Shown here in pieces: positions 6,894-17,045 of a DNA stretch of 19,710 bases. The translations under genes were made by a program, and so were the position numbers. Location: NCBI GenBank assembly GCA_964590575.1, contig CAZPWM010000057.1, positions 1-19,710 on the forward strand, read 5' to 3'. Source of the stretch: an uncultured archaeon (GTDB lineage: Archaea > Asgardarchaeota > Thorarchaeia > Thorarchaeales > Thorarchaeaceae). The notes below the pieces were generated by a model, which saw only the letters and a program-made list of their open reading frames with translations, ran no database searches and was not told the DNA's origin. How positions within the stretch are numbered: the first letter of the stretch is position 1; each line of letters opens with the position of its first letter.

Positions 6894-7301
6894 GTGTTTA
6901 TTGTGAAGTCTCTATTCAGACGTAACCGAAGTACTGAATCATCTGAGGAAACAACAGTTCAACGAACGCTCCCAAGTCTTGGTCTATTTGGTCCAGTTTC
7001 AGAACGCAAACAATCAGACCCACAGCATGATATCAAAAGACTTGAAGAACTAGAACAAATTTTCATAAGAACCAGAAAACTTGAGTCGCTAGCTGATGTA
7101 CCTGAAATTGTTGGTGAGGTCCGAAGCGGAAACATCGTACTCATTGATATCTCAAAGCTTAATGATGGAAATAATCAATCCCATCTTGAACTCCGACGTA
7201 TTATTGAACGGATACGCGGAGAAACCCGTGGCTACCAGGCTGAAATAGCGCTAGTGAATGATGGTTGTATGATTGTGACTCCCTCATTTGTTAGCTTCTA
7301 G
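6894..7301 (+). CDS. sepF: Cell division protein SepF (archaeal type)
   Basis: C-terminal core EVRSGNIVLIDISKL...LRRIIERIR...IALVNDGCMIVTPSFV. N-terminal amphipathic segment (MFIVKSLFRR) and linker. Confidence 0.85.
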   Translation: MFIVKSLFRRNRSTESSEETTVQRTLPSLGLFGPVSERKQSDPQHDIKRLEELEQIFIRTRKLESLADVPEIVGEVRSGNIVLIDISKLNDGNNQSHLELRRIIERIRGETRGYQAEIALVNDGCMIVTPSFVSF

Positions 7302-7305
7302 AGGG

Positions 7306-9219
7306 TTATCTCAATTTTATAGTTTCAGTTACCATTGGTGCTTTCGTTTCTATATTCAGTGCCTTGTGGATAGTAGATGCAAGTCCGATCGTCTTACTTG
7401 CCTCTCCATGACAAACCAATATACGCTCCGGAACTGGATTTACCCTTTTAACAAAATTCAGGATTTGTTTTCTATCAGAGTGACCTGAAAAGCCCTCCAC
7501 AGTTGTCACTTCTAAATTCACTGGAACCACTGTCGTCTGCCCCTCGCGGTTTCTCATATTCACTTCTTTCCACCCTTTCTGGATGCGTCTTCCCATAGTA
7601 CCCTCCCCTTGGTAACTCACGAAACATAGCATATTCTTCTCATCTGGTGCGAGTAGTCTGAAGTAGTCAACACTTGGTCCACCTGCAAGCATGCCTGATG
7701 TAGCCATAATGATACAAGGTTCTGCTTCAACGATCTCTTCGCGGTTATCCGGATGATCAACTTGTACAAATATTTCAGATAGGAATGGATTCACTCCTTG
7801 GTGGAAAATCATCTCGCGTATCTTCTTACTAAGAGCCTCTGGATGAGTGGTATGGATTGCTGTGGCTTGGGCAATCATACCTTCAATGTATACCGGTACC
7901 TTCGGGATTCGTCCCTTTTCAGCTAAGTCTTCAATAACAAGCATGATTTCTTGAGCTCGACCTACCGCAAGAACAGGAATCAACACCTTTCCGCCTCGTT
8001 CCAACGTTCGTTTTAGGATCGAAGCAAACTTACGTTCAACCTCTTGTCGAGGTGGCATTTTGTCTGTTGGGTGTCCATAAGTGCTCTCTATAATGAGGGT
8101 TTCCAATCGTGGAAATGTGAAGGTTGCAGGCTCTAGTAGTCGTGTTCTTCCAAATTTGAAGTCTCCAGTGTAGGCCATATTGTATTGCCCATCACCAATG
8201 TGAAAGTGGACAATGGCTGAGCCTAGGATGTGTCCTGCATTATGAAGTGTGAGTCTGACATCTGGCGCAATATCCGTCACCTCTCCGTAATTAAGCGGTA
8301 TTGTATGGAGGATTGCTTCTTTTACATCACGGTCTCGATACGGTCTGAGTTTGCCTTCTCTTTCTGCAACATCCAGATAGTCAAGTTGGAGAAGCGTTGC
8401 CAGATTGAGAGTAGGGTGAGTCATATAGACTGGTCCACGGTAGCCATATTTGAAGAGAAATGGCACCATACCACAGTGGTCTAAGTGTGCGTGAGTTATG
8501 ACGACGGCATCTAGATTGTCAACGCTGAACTCAGGCATATCAAGACGTGGGAATGCCTTGGAAGGTGTTCCAACGTTGACACCACATTCAATCAGAATGT
8601 TACTCTCAGACGTCTGTAAGAACATACACTGTCTACCCACTTCTCTAAACCCTCCCAAGGCAACGAGTCTTATCCAACCGTTGTTCAGAAGGATGGGTCG
8701 GTGAATTCTCTTACCAATCTCACGAAATGACTTGTTTCGAGTTGCAGCTTCTGACTGGATAATATAACGAATTTGCTTGATAAGTTTGCTCTCAATCGGA
8801 GGGGTTCGCATCACATTAGGTCGCCAAAACGTCTGTCTTGTAATTTCTCTGAGAGTAGTACCACTACGACCTATTACTAATCCCGGTTTTTGAGCCTCAA
8901 TTATCACTTCTCCTCTTGAGATATCAAAGTCAATTGAAGTGATTTCCGCCTCGCTGGGGACAAGTTCTCGAACTGCTTTCTCAGTATCTTCATGAGTTAA
9001 CCTGACTTCAGGAGCTGATCTGACAACAATCCGTTTTCGCAACTTGCGTGCCAATGCCTTAATCTTGTCACCATCATCAAGTAGAATCTTTGGTGCTTTC
9101 GAATAGATAGCTATCTCCGGACCTTCATACTCGACTGAGCTAACAGCTGCTGAGCGAGGTAACGATTTCTTTAGCACCTCACGAATATCAACATATTCTT
9201 CTTCGTCATTGGGTTGCAT
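7306..9219 (-). CDS. fttA: aCPSF1/FttA KH-domain beta-CASP ribonuclease (transcription termination factor)
   Basis: VEYEGPEI, KH motif KPGLVIGRSG, LGGFREVGR, THAHLDH, AGHILGS, ESTYG, FSGHSD, HGE. 637 aa, adjacent to psmB. Confidence 0.97.
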   Translation of the reverse strand: MQPNDEEEYVDIREVLKKSLPRSAAVSSVEYEGPEIAIYSKAPKILLDDGDKIKALARKLRKRIVVRSAPEVRLTHEDTEKAVRELVPSEAEITSIDFDISRGEVIIEAQKPGLVIGRSGTTLREITRQTFWRPNVMRTPPIESKLIKQIRYIIQSEAATRNKSFREIGKRIHRPILLNNGWIRLVALGGFREVGRQCMFLQTSESNILIECGVNVGTPSKAFPRLDMPEFSVDNLDAVVITHAHLDHCGMVPFLFKYGYRGPVYMTHPTLNLATLLQLDYLDVAEREGKLRPYRDRDVKEAILHTIPLNYGEVTDIAPDVRLTLHNAGHILGSAIVHFHIGDGQYNMAYTGDFKFGRTRLLEPATFTFPRLETLIIESTYGHPTDKMPPRQEVERKFASILKRTLERGGKVLIPVLAVGRAQEIMLVIEDLAEKGRIPKVPVYIEGMIAQATAIHTTHPEALSKKIREMIFHQGVNPFLSEIFVQVDHPDNREEIVEAEPCIIMATSGMLAGGPSVDYFRLLAPDEKNMLCFVSYQGEGTMGRRIQKGWKEVNMRNREGQTTVVPVNLEVTTVEGFSGHSDRKQILNFVKRVNPVPERILVCHGEASKTIGLASTIHKALNIETKAPMVTETIKLR

Positions 9220-9339
9220 GGATAGTCATCACAATCCTTGGCCTATTAATTCCCCATTTGGCCTTAGTCCGGCCTCGCACTCTTGCGGTGGACAGACCTA
9301 GTCGAGATTATCTCGCCATATGTTCAACAAATATTGCCA

Positions 9340-9978
9340 CTACTGGCCTTTCCAGATCTTCGTGATAGTTTCTTTATCGATTTCCTGGTAACCACTCTTG
9401 TCAATAACACTAACAAGAATATTGTTGCCAGTTGCCGCATCTCTTTCGATTGCAGCTGCGATGGAGTGTACAGCCAGTTCGATTGCCTTTTTCTTGGGCA
9501 GATCCTCTTTGTAGCTATTTTCTAAAACACCAAGAGCTACAGGTGAACCTGAGCCATTTGCGACATACTTGTCTGGAATCACACTACCAACATAATCAGT
9601 ATAGAAGACTTGAGGACCCTCGTCATCAAATCCTCCCACAAGAGATCCTAGCATGTAGAGTCCTCGTGCTTGGAACAGAATATTGCTTAGAAGACGTGTT
9701 AAGGCTTTGACCCGAATAGGTCGACCCCTTTGGATTTCAAAGAGCTTGGCTTCAGCTTTGAGAAGGTCCATTATTGCCTGCGCATCAGCAACAGATCCCG
9801 CGATTGTTGCACCAATGCTATCTGTAATTTTGTAAATCTTTTTAGCTGTCTTGTTCGCAATCAAGTAACCCATAGTGGCTCTCTGATCACTTGCCAAGAC
9901 AACACAATCTTTGGCAATTAGACCAACAGTTGTTGTCCCCGTCTTCAATTCAGCCGGGGGTTGCGTATTATGTTCCAT
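9340..9978 (-). CDS. psmB: Proteasome subunit beta
   Basis: Propeptide followed by KTG|TTTVG (catalytic Thr), ASDQRAT, AGSVADAQ, GSGS, RDAATG. Confidence 0.97.
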   Translation of the reverse strand: MEHNTQPPAELKTGTTTVGLIAKDCVVLASDQRATMGYLIANKTAKKIYKITDSIGATIAGSVADAQAIMDLLKAEAKLFEIQRGRPIRVKALTRLLSNILFQARGLYMLGSLVGGFDDEGPQVFYTDYVGSVIPDKYVANGSGSPVALGVLENSYKEDLPKKKAIELAVHSIAAAIERDAATGNNILVSVIDKSGYQEIDKETITKIWKGQ

Positions 9979-10096
9979 GTCAATTAACTCCGTGTAGGAG
10001 ATGAAATCTAGAGAACTAGTGACAAACTCTCGTCATATTTCTGCCATTTTAAGGTTTTCTCAGTGACCATTGAGCCACCGAAATGACTATCGAGTG

Positions 10097-10903
10097 TTAG
10101 GTCGTATTCCCTTCTAGTGGTTTTGGTCTATCGAAAGTCACTACCAGTTTTACTTCATTAGCATCCTCAAACACTTTCAATGCGTCTGCAGCAATTCCAA
10201 TCTCTGCATACTGAATGTCCTGAACATATCTAGTTTCTTTGGGCAACTCTATAGTGACTACCTTTTTTGCGACTGAGAACTTGAAATCCTCCTCCGGAAG
10301 CCCAGGTACTCGTCTCTTAACGATAGCACGAAGTTTTTCTGATGGATCCGTAATGATGCTTCTCAATGTAACGTCAAAGACAAGAGTTTTTCCAGCAAGC
10401 GGGCTGTTAAAGTCAATTCGAACCTGTCTACCAAGTACAGCTGTAATCACTCCTCGTTCATTTCCAAAAGTAATCTGTTCTCCTTTGACGGGACGAGTCT
10501 TGTGCTTGGCAAGTTTTGTCTTGGCAATCATCTTGACCTTACTTGGGTCTCTTTCACCAGCACCTTTCTCAGGTGGTACTTCAACAGTCTTTGAATCGCC
10601 CACCTTCATTCCGACTAGTTCCTCTTCCAGTGCTCCGAGCAACCAGTTCCTGCCAATCGCCACTAACATTGGCTCGTAGCGGTCATTTTCTTTGAAAATA
10701 CCTGAATCCTTAGCTACTCCTGACATTGTTGTATCAAATACTATTCCGTCGTCCTTTGTAGTAGCGCTATAATCAATATAGACCAGGCTTTTCTCACCCA
10801 CAACAGTTTCACCCTCAGCTGCCGATTTTGTCTTAGCTGGTTTCTTTGCTGTGGCCTTCTTGGCTGGCGTCTTCTTCGACTTTGTCGATTTTTTCTCTGA
10901 CAT
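10097..10903 (-). CDS. slyD: Long-type archaeal FKBP peptidyl-prolyl isomerase (SlyD-like)
   Basis: VFDTT, GMKVGDSKTVEVPPEKGAGER, IDFNSPLAGKTLVFDV, plus C-terminal domain. Lys/Ala-rich N-terminal tail. Confidence 0.93.
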   Translation of the reverse strand: MSEKKSTKSKKTPAKKATAKKPAKTKSAAEGETVVGEKSLVYIDYSATTKDDGIVFDTTMSGVAKDSGIFKENDRYEPMLVAIGRNWLLGALEEELVGMKVGDSKTVEVPPEKGAGERDPSKVKMIAKTKLAKHKTRPVKGEQITFGNERGVITAVLGRQVRIDFNSPLAGKTLVFDVTLRSIITDPSEKLRAIVKRRVPGLPEEDFKFSVAKKVVTIELPKETRYVQDIQYAEIGIAADALKVFEDANEVKLVVTFDRPKPLEGNTT

Positions 10904-10981
10904 ATCTTGTTCCCTCTCGAGACTCCAAGAACACTTCTAACGGCCTCTTTCAGAGTTTCATAAAACCGTTTCCTTGTGGTC

Positions 10982-11578
10982 TTACTTGAGGATTCCTCTC
11001 AGTACTTGTATCTTTTCAAAGAACAAAAATTCCTCCGAAACAGTATCCACCACAAAACCGCACCTATTCATTGTCTGTCGAATTGATTCTACATTCGCAA
11101 GGGTTGAAACAACTACAAAGATACGACCTTCATTCAGAAGATGGTCTGCTGCTTGTCTGACGAATCGTTGAGTAAGTTCAGTTCCAGCCAGTCCCCCTAT
11201 GAGGGCATGGTCCAGATCAGTATGCTCGTCATCTTGTGGTAAATACGGCGGATTGAATACCATAAGTGAGAATTTGACAGAAGACGCTAAAGCACCAAGT
11301 AGGTCTGATTCAACAACGTGGCAGTTATTATACAAATCATTTCTCTTCAGATTCTCCATAGTATTGTGAACTGCTTCAAATGAACTATCGACACTCACAA
11401 TAGTTTGTGCTAGCTTTGCTGCAGTCAGAGTAATGAGTCCTGCTCCGCATCCAACCTCTAGAAATATATCATCCTGCCTGATATCTAAGTTGTCTAAGAG
11501 GAGGTATGTGTCTTCAGAGGGTGGATATACTCCTGGGAAGACAGTGATATTGGGTCTGCCCTCATCCATTATTCTCAC
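10982..11578 (-). CDS. HemK2/Mtq2-like protein-glutamine N5-methyltransferase
   Basis: VYPPSEDTYLL, LEVGCGAG, FNPPYLP. GTG start overlaps the ksgA stop; ATG at 11569 is an alternative. Confidence 0.92.
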   Translation of the reverse strand: MRIMDEGRPNITVFPGVYPPSEDTYLLLDNLDIRQDDIFLEVGCGAGLITLTAAKLAQTIVSVDSSFEAVHNTMENLKRNDLYNNCHVVESDLLGALASSVKFSLMVFNPPYLPQDDEHTDLDHALIGGLAGTELTQRFVRQAADHLLNEGRIFVVVSTLANVESIRQTMNRCGFVVDTVSEEFLFFEKIQVLRGILK

Positions 11579-12441
11579 TCTCGCGGGTCTGGGATGGTGC
11601 CTTCCTCAATCAAAACGAGGAGGATGTCTGAAAGCTTAACCAATTGATCCAGATTGATTGAGCGAAGACGCTCATTACCTGCTATAATACCCCCCAACCG
11701 GAACAGAACCTCATCAGACAAATTCTTGTCGATTCCAAGATTTCGGAACCATATTTGTAATGCCTTTCGTATGTTCTTGTTTGGGTAGGGATAGATACCC
11801 CCAATCATCCAATGAAACACTGAATCGTCTTTTGCGAATAACCCCTCAGTTCGTGGAGTCATCCGCACGACAGTAGAATCCACTGCAGGAGTCGGATAGA
11901 ATAGGTCTGCAGGGACTTCTAAAATCTTCTCCACTTCTGCATAATATTGTACGTTAATAGTAAGCCGAGAATATTCAGAGGTTCCTGGACATGCCACGAG
12001 TCGGGAAGCATACTCCTTCTGATACATCAGGATTGCTTCCTCGTATTTCATCTCTCTCATAATTCTAAATGTGATTTCTGATGAGATGCTGTAGGGAAGA
12101 TTGGCAATTATCTTATTCACTCGTGGTAGGTCTACGGTGAGTGCATCTCCCTCAATAATATCGACATTGGTGAAGTCCTTTAGGGTATCATGTAGAGCTT
12201 TATTCAATCTTGGATCTATCTCTATGACATAGACGTGCTGAGCTTTTTCAGCAATCCGTTTTGTTAGGACCCCGAAACCGCCTCCTATCTCCAAAACATC
12301 ATCTTGCTCAGATAGTTCAGCTAAATCAACAATATCCCTGGCTACACTATGACTGGTCAAAAAGCTTTGTCCGCGTTTCTTCTTAGGTTTCACATTGTAT
12401 CTATTGAGAAGCCAACGAATATCTTCTGACAGAGAGCTCAC
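11575..12441 (-). CDS. ksgA: 16S rRNA dimethyladenosine transferase KsgA/Dim1
   Basis: KKKRGQSFL, VLEIGGGFGVLT, IEID, ANLPYSISS, FYPTPAVDS. Confidence 0.97.
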   Translation of the reverse strand: MSSLSEDIRWLLNRYNVKPKKKRGQSFLTSHSVARDIVDLAELSEQDDVLEIGGGFGVLTKRIAEKAQHVYVIEIDPRLNKALHDTLKDFTNVDIIEGDALTVDLPRVNKIIANLPYSISSEITFRIMREMKYEEAILMYQKEYASRLVACPGTSEYSRLTINVQYYAEVEKILEVPADLFYPTPAVDSTVVRMTPRTEGLFAKDDSVFHWMIGGIYPYPNKNIRKALQIWFRNLGIDKNLSDEVLFRLGGIIAGNERLRSINLDQLVKLSDILLVLIEEGTIPDPRE

Positions 12442-12457
12442 CTACATCGTGCTCATA

Positions 12458-13072
12458 CTAGCGTCTAGGCGGACGGTCTCTATGATCTTGTTCCTCGTTC
12501 TCACGTTTTGGGGGTCGTACAAACAACCATCTCTTAACATCCTCTTTGAGTTCGTCAATTATACGGGCTGTAATGACCTTTTTCGGATTCTGTAATTTTG
12601 TACGTGCTGCAATATCATCAAAGTTCTTGAATGGTTTGCGTTTACGTTCCTCCAAAATAGCCCACATAAGTGTCTGTCCTATCCCAGGTAGAAGTTGGAG
12701 TGAATGCATCCTAGTTGTTATTGGGCTGGCTTCGTTGAAGAACATTACAAACTTGTGCTCATGTTTGGTCACAATCATCTCAACAACAAGAGCTAGCTCT
12801 GTAACACTCTCTGGTACAAGATTCTCGAAGAAAATCCTCCTTTTGACATGATCTATCTTACTGGCTGTATCGCGTTGAATAGAAACGCGTTCTTGAGGGT
12901 GCAGTTTCACATCTCTCTGAGGAAGCATCTCCAACAGCGTAAAATGACTCTCTCCTATGCCCTGAACAATAGTATCTCCCCGAGGTCGTGAATCGCGAAG
13001 GAACTCTTTTGGAGGAACAACTGACAGGACATACGCATGCGTCTCAAACATCCTGTTTTGCGGTCCTTCCAT
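12458..13072 (-). CDS. DUF655 family putative RNA-binding protein
   Basis: QGIGESHFTLLE, FFNEASPITTRMHSLQLLPGIG, ILEERKRKPF. Conserved position between rpo4 and ksgA. Confidence 0.92.
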   Translation of the reverse strand: MEGPQNRMFETHAYVLSVVPPKEFLRDSRPRGDTIVQGIGESHFTLLEMLPQRDVKLHPQERVSIQRDTASKIDHVKRRIFFENLVPESVTELALVVEMIVTKHEHKFVMFFNEASPITTRMHSLQLLPGIGQTLMWAILEERKRKPFKNFDDIAARTKLQNPKKVITARIIDELKEDVKRWLFVRPPKRENEEQDHRDRPPRR

Positions 13073-13195
13073 CTATTTACACTCCTATCGCTGATTGGGC
13101 ACATTAAGATAGTAATTGTTATGATTGGATAAAAACTAATCGGCCTCGGAAACGTCTTATGGCATTAAAACATAATGCAAATCGCTGCTTGTTCA

Positions 13196-13531
13196 CTAGG
13201 ATCTGCTCTTTATCACAAGGTCCACAATCTCAATCATCTGTTCGTCTGTGAGATTTGTTGATTTAGCATCAAGAATACTTCTTAGTTCCTCGACTGTGAC
13301 CGGGGCGATGTTAACCACTTGGACTGCTTGAGCCCTATTGAGGCTATAACCTTTGAGCAATCTATCTACGAGTTTAATAGCGACTGCGGGCGCCATTCTT
13401 GAAAAAGCACTTGCATGCTCAAGTGTGATAGACTGCTGAAACGATAGTTCCCCTTCCTTTGACCTCTGGGCAAGAAGTTTCTTGACCTGTGGGAGAGTCA
13501 CTTCTTCCTCGCTGATAATCTCCTTCGGCAT
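13196..13531 (-). CDS. rpo4: DNA-directed RNA polymerase subunit Rpo4 (RpoF)
   Basis: IISEEEVTLPQVKKLL, ELSFQQSITLEH, VNIAPVTVEELRSIL. Follows rpl21e. Confidence 0.93.
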   Translation of the reverse strand: MPKEIISEEEVTLPQVKKLLAQRSKEGELSFQQSITLEHASAFSRMAPAVAIKLVDRLLKGYSLNRAQAVQVVNIAPVTVEELRSILDAKSTNLTDEQMIEIVDLVIKSRS

Positions 13532-13539
13532 TTTATCAC

Positions 13540-13836
13540 TCAGCCTCTACTAGGTTGGAGATGCTCACGTCTAATTATGAGTGTCTTTATGACTTTTCCA
13601 AGACCCACATCGACAACAACTGCTCGCCCTCTCAAGCCTTTGACTATGCCAGTTCTGCCTTGATACCTGCGGTGTGGCATTCCTTTGTGGAACCCGCTAT
13701 CAATCACTACATCAACACGTTGACCTACTTCATAGTCAATTAACACCTTGCTTGGTGAGCTAAGTCCACGTTGGCGTACTCGTTTGCTCATCAAGGCACG
13801 GGTTCGTGCTCTGAAACCATGACTCTTTTTGACCAT
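13540..13836 (-). CDS. rpl21e: 50S ribosomal protein L21e
   Basis: SHGFRARTR, HKGMPHRRYQGRTG, IIRREHL. Confidence 0.98.
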   Translation of the reverse strand: MVKKSHGFRARTRALMSKRVRQRGLSSPSKVLIDYEVGQRVDVVIDSGFHKGMPHRRYQGRTGIVKGLRGRAVVVDVGLGKVIKTLIIRREHLQPSRG

Positions 13837-13981
13837 GAGGCATCACTTGCTTTGGGTTTATGTCTCGAAATGCAATAATTCAGTAGAACCTACACACGAG
13901 TTCCAGCATGACCTCTTAGGTCGCCACTTAAGGATTTCGCAACGGCTCTGTATAATTATGTAGCATATACATTGTTTGGGA

Positions 13982-15379
13982 TTAGTTGCTGTAGACCGCA
14001 GTCACATCTAATTTTCTACATACACAAGCCAATCCTAGTTTACTTGCGATTGACGGGTCTGTCCTACCATCATCCCCGGAAATTAACTCCTTCACATATG
14101 TTCCACCCTGTACTTTGAAAAAAGCCTCTATACTATCATCATTGAGCTTCCTGAGTCGAATCTCGTGAATCAATTTCTTTCTCACTAGGTCACTTCTTCG
14201 GTGTGAAACTCGAGTCGGTGTTCGTTGATTAATCTCAATCCCCGAGATCTCACCTTCCACTCTAGTAAGCTCAGTCTTTTGTACAGGCCTCTCGGTCTGA
14301 ATCACTGCTAGATATTCCTTGATATTCGAAGACGCATCTTCCTTTAGCCTTTGAGAATGCTCTCGATTTGTTATCTTGAGGTCCTGAACTTTGATACGTT
14401 TCTTAGACTCTTTATTTATTCTCTTCGTGAGTAACGCCAAATCAGGTTTTCTGACATGTGGCTCTGATATTTCTACAACAAAAGGCCTACCTTGTCCTAA
14501 CATGAGAACATCAACATCCTCACGACCAGCTGCATGGAATTTGAATCTCGATCCTCTCAAAAACCGCTGTGCAACATTTCCAACATATTCTGAGATTGAA
14601 TCAGGATACCTTCTTCCTGTTCCTTTGCAGGCTTCACAGCCCCTACCATTGCACTCTTTACAATCCCATCTGCTCTGTGGAATGCCACGAATCAGTTTCT
14701 GATACCTACCGTAGATGAATACTGGATTGATCTGCAGCTGAACATCATCATTCATCATATCATAGAGAAAAACCAGGTGCGGTCGGTCGAATTCTACTTC
14801 CTTCTTCAAGATTTCATGAAGATGCTTTCCAAGCTCTCTACTGAAATCCGATTTGATCGCTTCAGCATGCAATAGTGAATATTTAGCTCTAAGGTCATCT
14901 TGTCTGTCATCAAGGAGGGGGATAGTGATAGTTCCCACCAGAAAGTTGTCAAATTCAACATCTTTGACAAGCTCGGTAGCTTTCTTTGCGGCCGCTCCAA
15001 TTTTATCAAAAATAGATTGCCCCTCTATTGAACAGAGATGACAATCAGCAATCTTTTCATATGTAATGGAATTTTTCTCTGCGATTACCTGTGCTGGTTT
15101 AAACAGACCGTGACCAGCTAATAGCTCGATAATTTTCCTACCCTTCTCTGGATGTTCTGACTTCAATTTATCATCAGCCATCATCGAGAGGACAAGTTTC
15201 AATGAATGTCCTCGTTCGCTATTTGATGTGTTAGTGCTCAACCAAGCAAACTGTCGACCAAGACATCTGTCACAAATAGAGTACTGCTCAAGTATACTAA
15301 TTGCAGTGTCCAATACCCTGTTCTGGATTGGTGTTGTCATCTGTCTTGGCCTCTTGCAGACTGTAATTTCTTGATTCAT
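13982..15379 (-). CDS. pus10: tRNA pseudouridine(54/55) synthase Pus10
   Basis: ICDRCLGRQFA, GRYQKLIRGIPQSRW, FHAAGREDVDV, QRTPTRVSHRR, QGGTYVKELISGD. Start could be 15340. Confidence 0.96.
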   Translation of the reverse strand: MNQEITVCKRPRQMTTPIQNRVLDTAISILEQYSICDRCLGRQFAWLSTNTSNSERGHSLKLVLSMMADDKLKSEHPEKGRKIIELLAGHGLFKPAQVIAEKNSITYEKIADCHLCSIEGQSIFDKIGAAAKKATELVKDVEFDNFLVGTITIPLLDDRQDDLRAKYSLLHAEAIKSDFSRELGKHLHEILKKEVEFDRPHLVFLYDMMNDDVQLQINPVFIYGRYQKLIRGIPQSRWDCKECNGRGCEACKGTGRRYPDSISEYVGNVAQRFLRGSRFKFHAAGREDVDVLMLGQGRPFVVEISEPHVRKPDLALLTKRINKESKKRIKVQDLKITNREHSQRLKEDASSNIKEYLAVIQTERPVQKTELTRVEGEISGIEINQRTPTRVSHRRSDLVRKKLIHEIRLRKLNDDSIEAFFKVQGGTYVKELISGDDGRTDPSIASKLGLACVCRKLDVTAVYSN

Positions 15380-15383
15380 AAAG

Positions 15384-16580
15384 CTAGAGGAATGGGTTGA
15401 TGTACCTCATCGCTTTCAAACCCAACAAGAATGTGCGTGGATTCGTGATAAGTTTACGAATCACTTGGCCTTGAAGATCCATATCTCCTTCCCTTCGTAT
15501 AATATTGAGAAGTCCCAAGTTATTTGCATCCCATATTATGGAATCAAGACCTTTGTCCGTTAGTGATGTAAGGACCTTTTGGGCTAGATACATTGTCTGG
15601 AGTTCTCGATAGTAATTGGATTTGCACTTTTTGTCATATCTTGATAGCATCTTTCGTGATGTGTCATTCTGTTGAAGTGCCTCATTGACTGTTTCTCCTG
15701 CGATTCTAGCAGTTAAACCACCGATAATCACACCGCCCCCTGTAGTAGCTTTTACCATCCCTGCAGTATCTCCTACAATAATTAGTCCATCCGAGGATAT
15801 TTTGGACTTTGGTTGACCGACAATGACCGTTCCGCCCATACCCCTCACTCTTTCCGCATTCTTGAGTCGCTTGCTGATGATGGGATGATGAAGTAGTGCT
15901 GATTCAAGTCTGATTTTTGATTTACTTCTTGATGCTAAACCCACCCTGGCTCTTCCCTCACCAAGAGGGATAATCCATGCAAAGAAACCCGGGGCAAGTT
16001 TTCGTCCATAGAACATCTCAACCATGTCTTCTTCAATATCTACACCCTTGACTTCATACTGATAGGCGGGAAGTCTACTATTTTTTGATATAGGTTGAAA
16101 CCCTACACTCTTTGATAGAACTGAACGCACGCCTTCTGCAATTATTACTAATTTGGATTGAAGAGGTTGATTACTGGTCCTGACCGTTTGTACTCCTTTC
16201 TTTGACTGAGAAATTGCTTTCACTTTATTGTTAGTGAGGATTTTGACACCTCGATTAGAGGCTCTCGTGGCTAACCATGAGTCAAAATGTCTTCTATCCA
16301 CAACGAATGCTTCACGTCGACCACGTTCAATGAGTATGAAATGTCCTGAAGGAGCATGGATTCTCGCTCCAATGACAGTATTCTGAATGACCTCAGCTGG
16401 GGGCTTGAGATTTAAAGAACTGAGTCCTGAAGAGCTTAACAGACCTGCGCAGTGGTCTGGTTCTCCTATTTTCTTGTGTTCCTCTAAGAGTAGTACAGTA
16501 TGTCCATCTTCAGCTATCTTAGTGGCTGCAAGAATACCTGCAGGACCTGCACCAGTAATGATAGCATCATAGTCCATCAA
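15384..16580 (-). CDS. Geranylgeranyl reductase family FAD-dependent oxidoreductase
   Basis: GAGPAG, PDHCAG, VDRRHFD, APGFFAWIIP, VGDTAGMVKATTGGGV. Confidence 0.9.
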   Translation of the reverse strand: MMDYDAIITGAGPAGILAATKIAEDGHTVLLLEEHKKIGEPDHCAGLLSSSGLSSLNLKPPAEVIQNTVIGARIHAPSGHFILIERGRREAFVVDRRHFDSWLATRASNRGVKILTNNKVKAISQSKKGVQTVRTSNQPLQSKLVIIAEGVRSVLSKSVGFQPISKNSRLPAYQYEVKGVDIEEDMVEMFYGRKLAPGFFAWIIPLGEGRARVGLASRSKSKIRLESALLHHPIISKRLKNAERVRGMGGTVIVGQPKSKISSDGLIIVGDTAGMVKATTGGGVIIGGLTARIAGETVNEALQQNDTSRKMLSRYDKKCKSNYYRELQTMYLAQKVLTSLTDKGLDSIIWDANNLGLLNIIRREGDMDLQGQVIRKLITNPRTFLLGLKAMRYINPFL

Positions 16581-16648
16581 AAGACCCCTGTTTACTGAGC
16601 TTAGCGCATGTTTTTAACTCTCCCCTCAGATGAACCTTCAAGCCCGAG

Positions 16649-17035
16649 ATGGGGGAGGTAACTTCTTTGCCTGAACGAACTTTCACATACAAACAAGTTA
16701 TTGCTGTACGGACAGATCTAGACATGAGTCGAGGAAAAATCGCAGTTCAAGTCGCTCATGGGTCTGTTTCTTCTGCAGAACAGGCAAGAGTACTCAAACA
16801 AGATATCTGGAAAGCATGGTTACGTGAAGGCCAGAAGAAAGTGGCAGTCAAAGTGAGTTCTGAGGGAGAGCTTCTAGAACTAAGACGCCAAGCTATAAAC
16901 CACAGTCTACCATTTGCGCTGATTAGAGATGCAGGAATGACCGAACTACCCCCCGGCACAATTACAGTTCTTGGTATTGGACCTGCTAGAGCCGAGATTG
17001 TCGATGAAGTAACAGGTGACCTCAAACTGTTGTAG
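16649..17035 (+). CDS. pth2: Peptidyl-tRNA hydrolase Pth2
   Basis: KQVIAVRTDLDMSRGKIAVQVAHG, GQKKVAVKV, DAGMTEL, LGIGP, VTGDLKLL. True start may be TTG at 16667 (GGAGGT RBS at 16654-16659). Confidence 0.97.
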   Translation: MGEVTSLPERTFTYKQVIAVRTDLDMSRGKIAVQVAHGSVSSAEQARVLKQDIWKAWLREGQKKVAVKVSSEGELLELRRQAINHSLPFALIRDAGMTELPPGTITVLGIGPARAEIVDEVTGDLKLL

Positions 17036-17045
17036 AGTGAATCCA

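Noticed and set aside
9910-9924. Resemblance of tttggcaattagacc in psmB to the predicted TnpB guide
   Set aside because: Only 7 contiguous matches and two indels are required; compatible with chance.
10982-15379. pus10-rpl21e-rpo4-DUF655-ksgA-hemK cluster as a novel system
   Set aside because: Well-known conserved archaeal gene neighbourhood.
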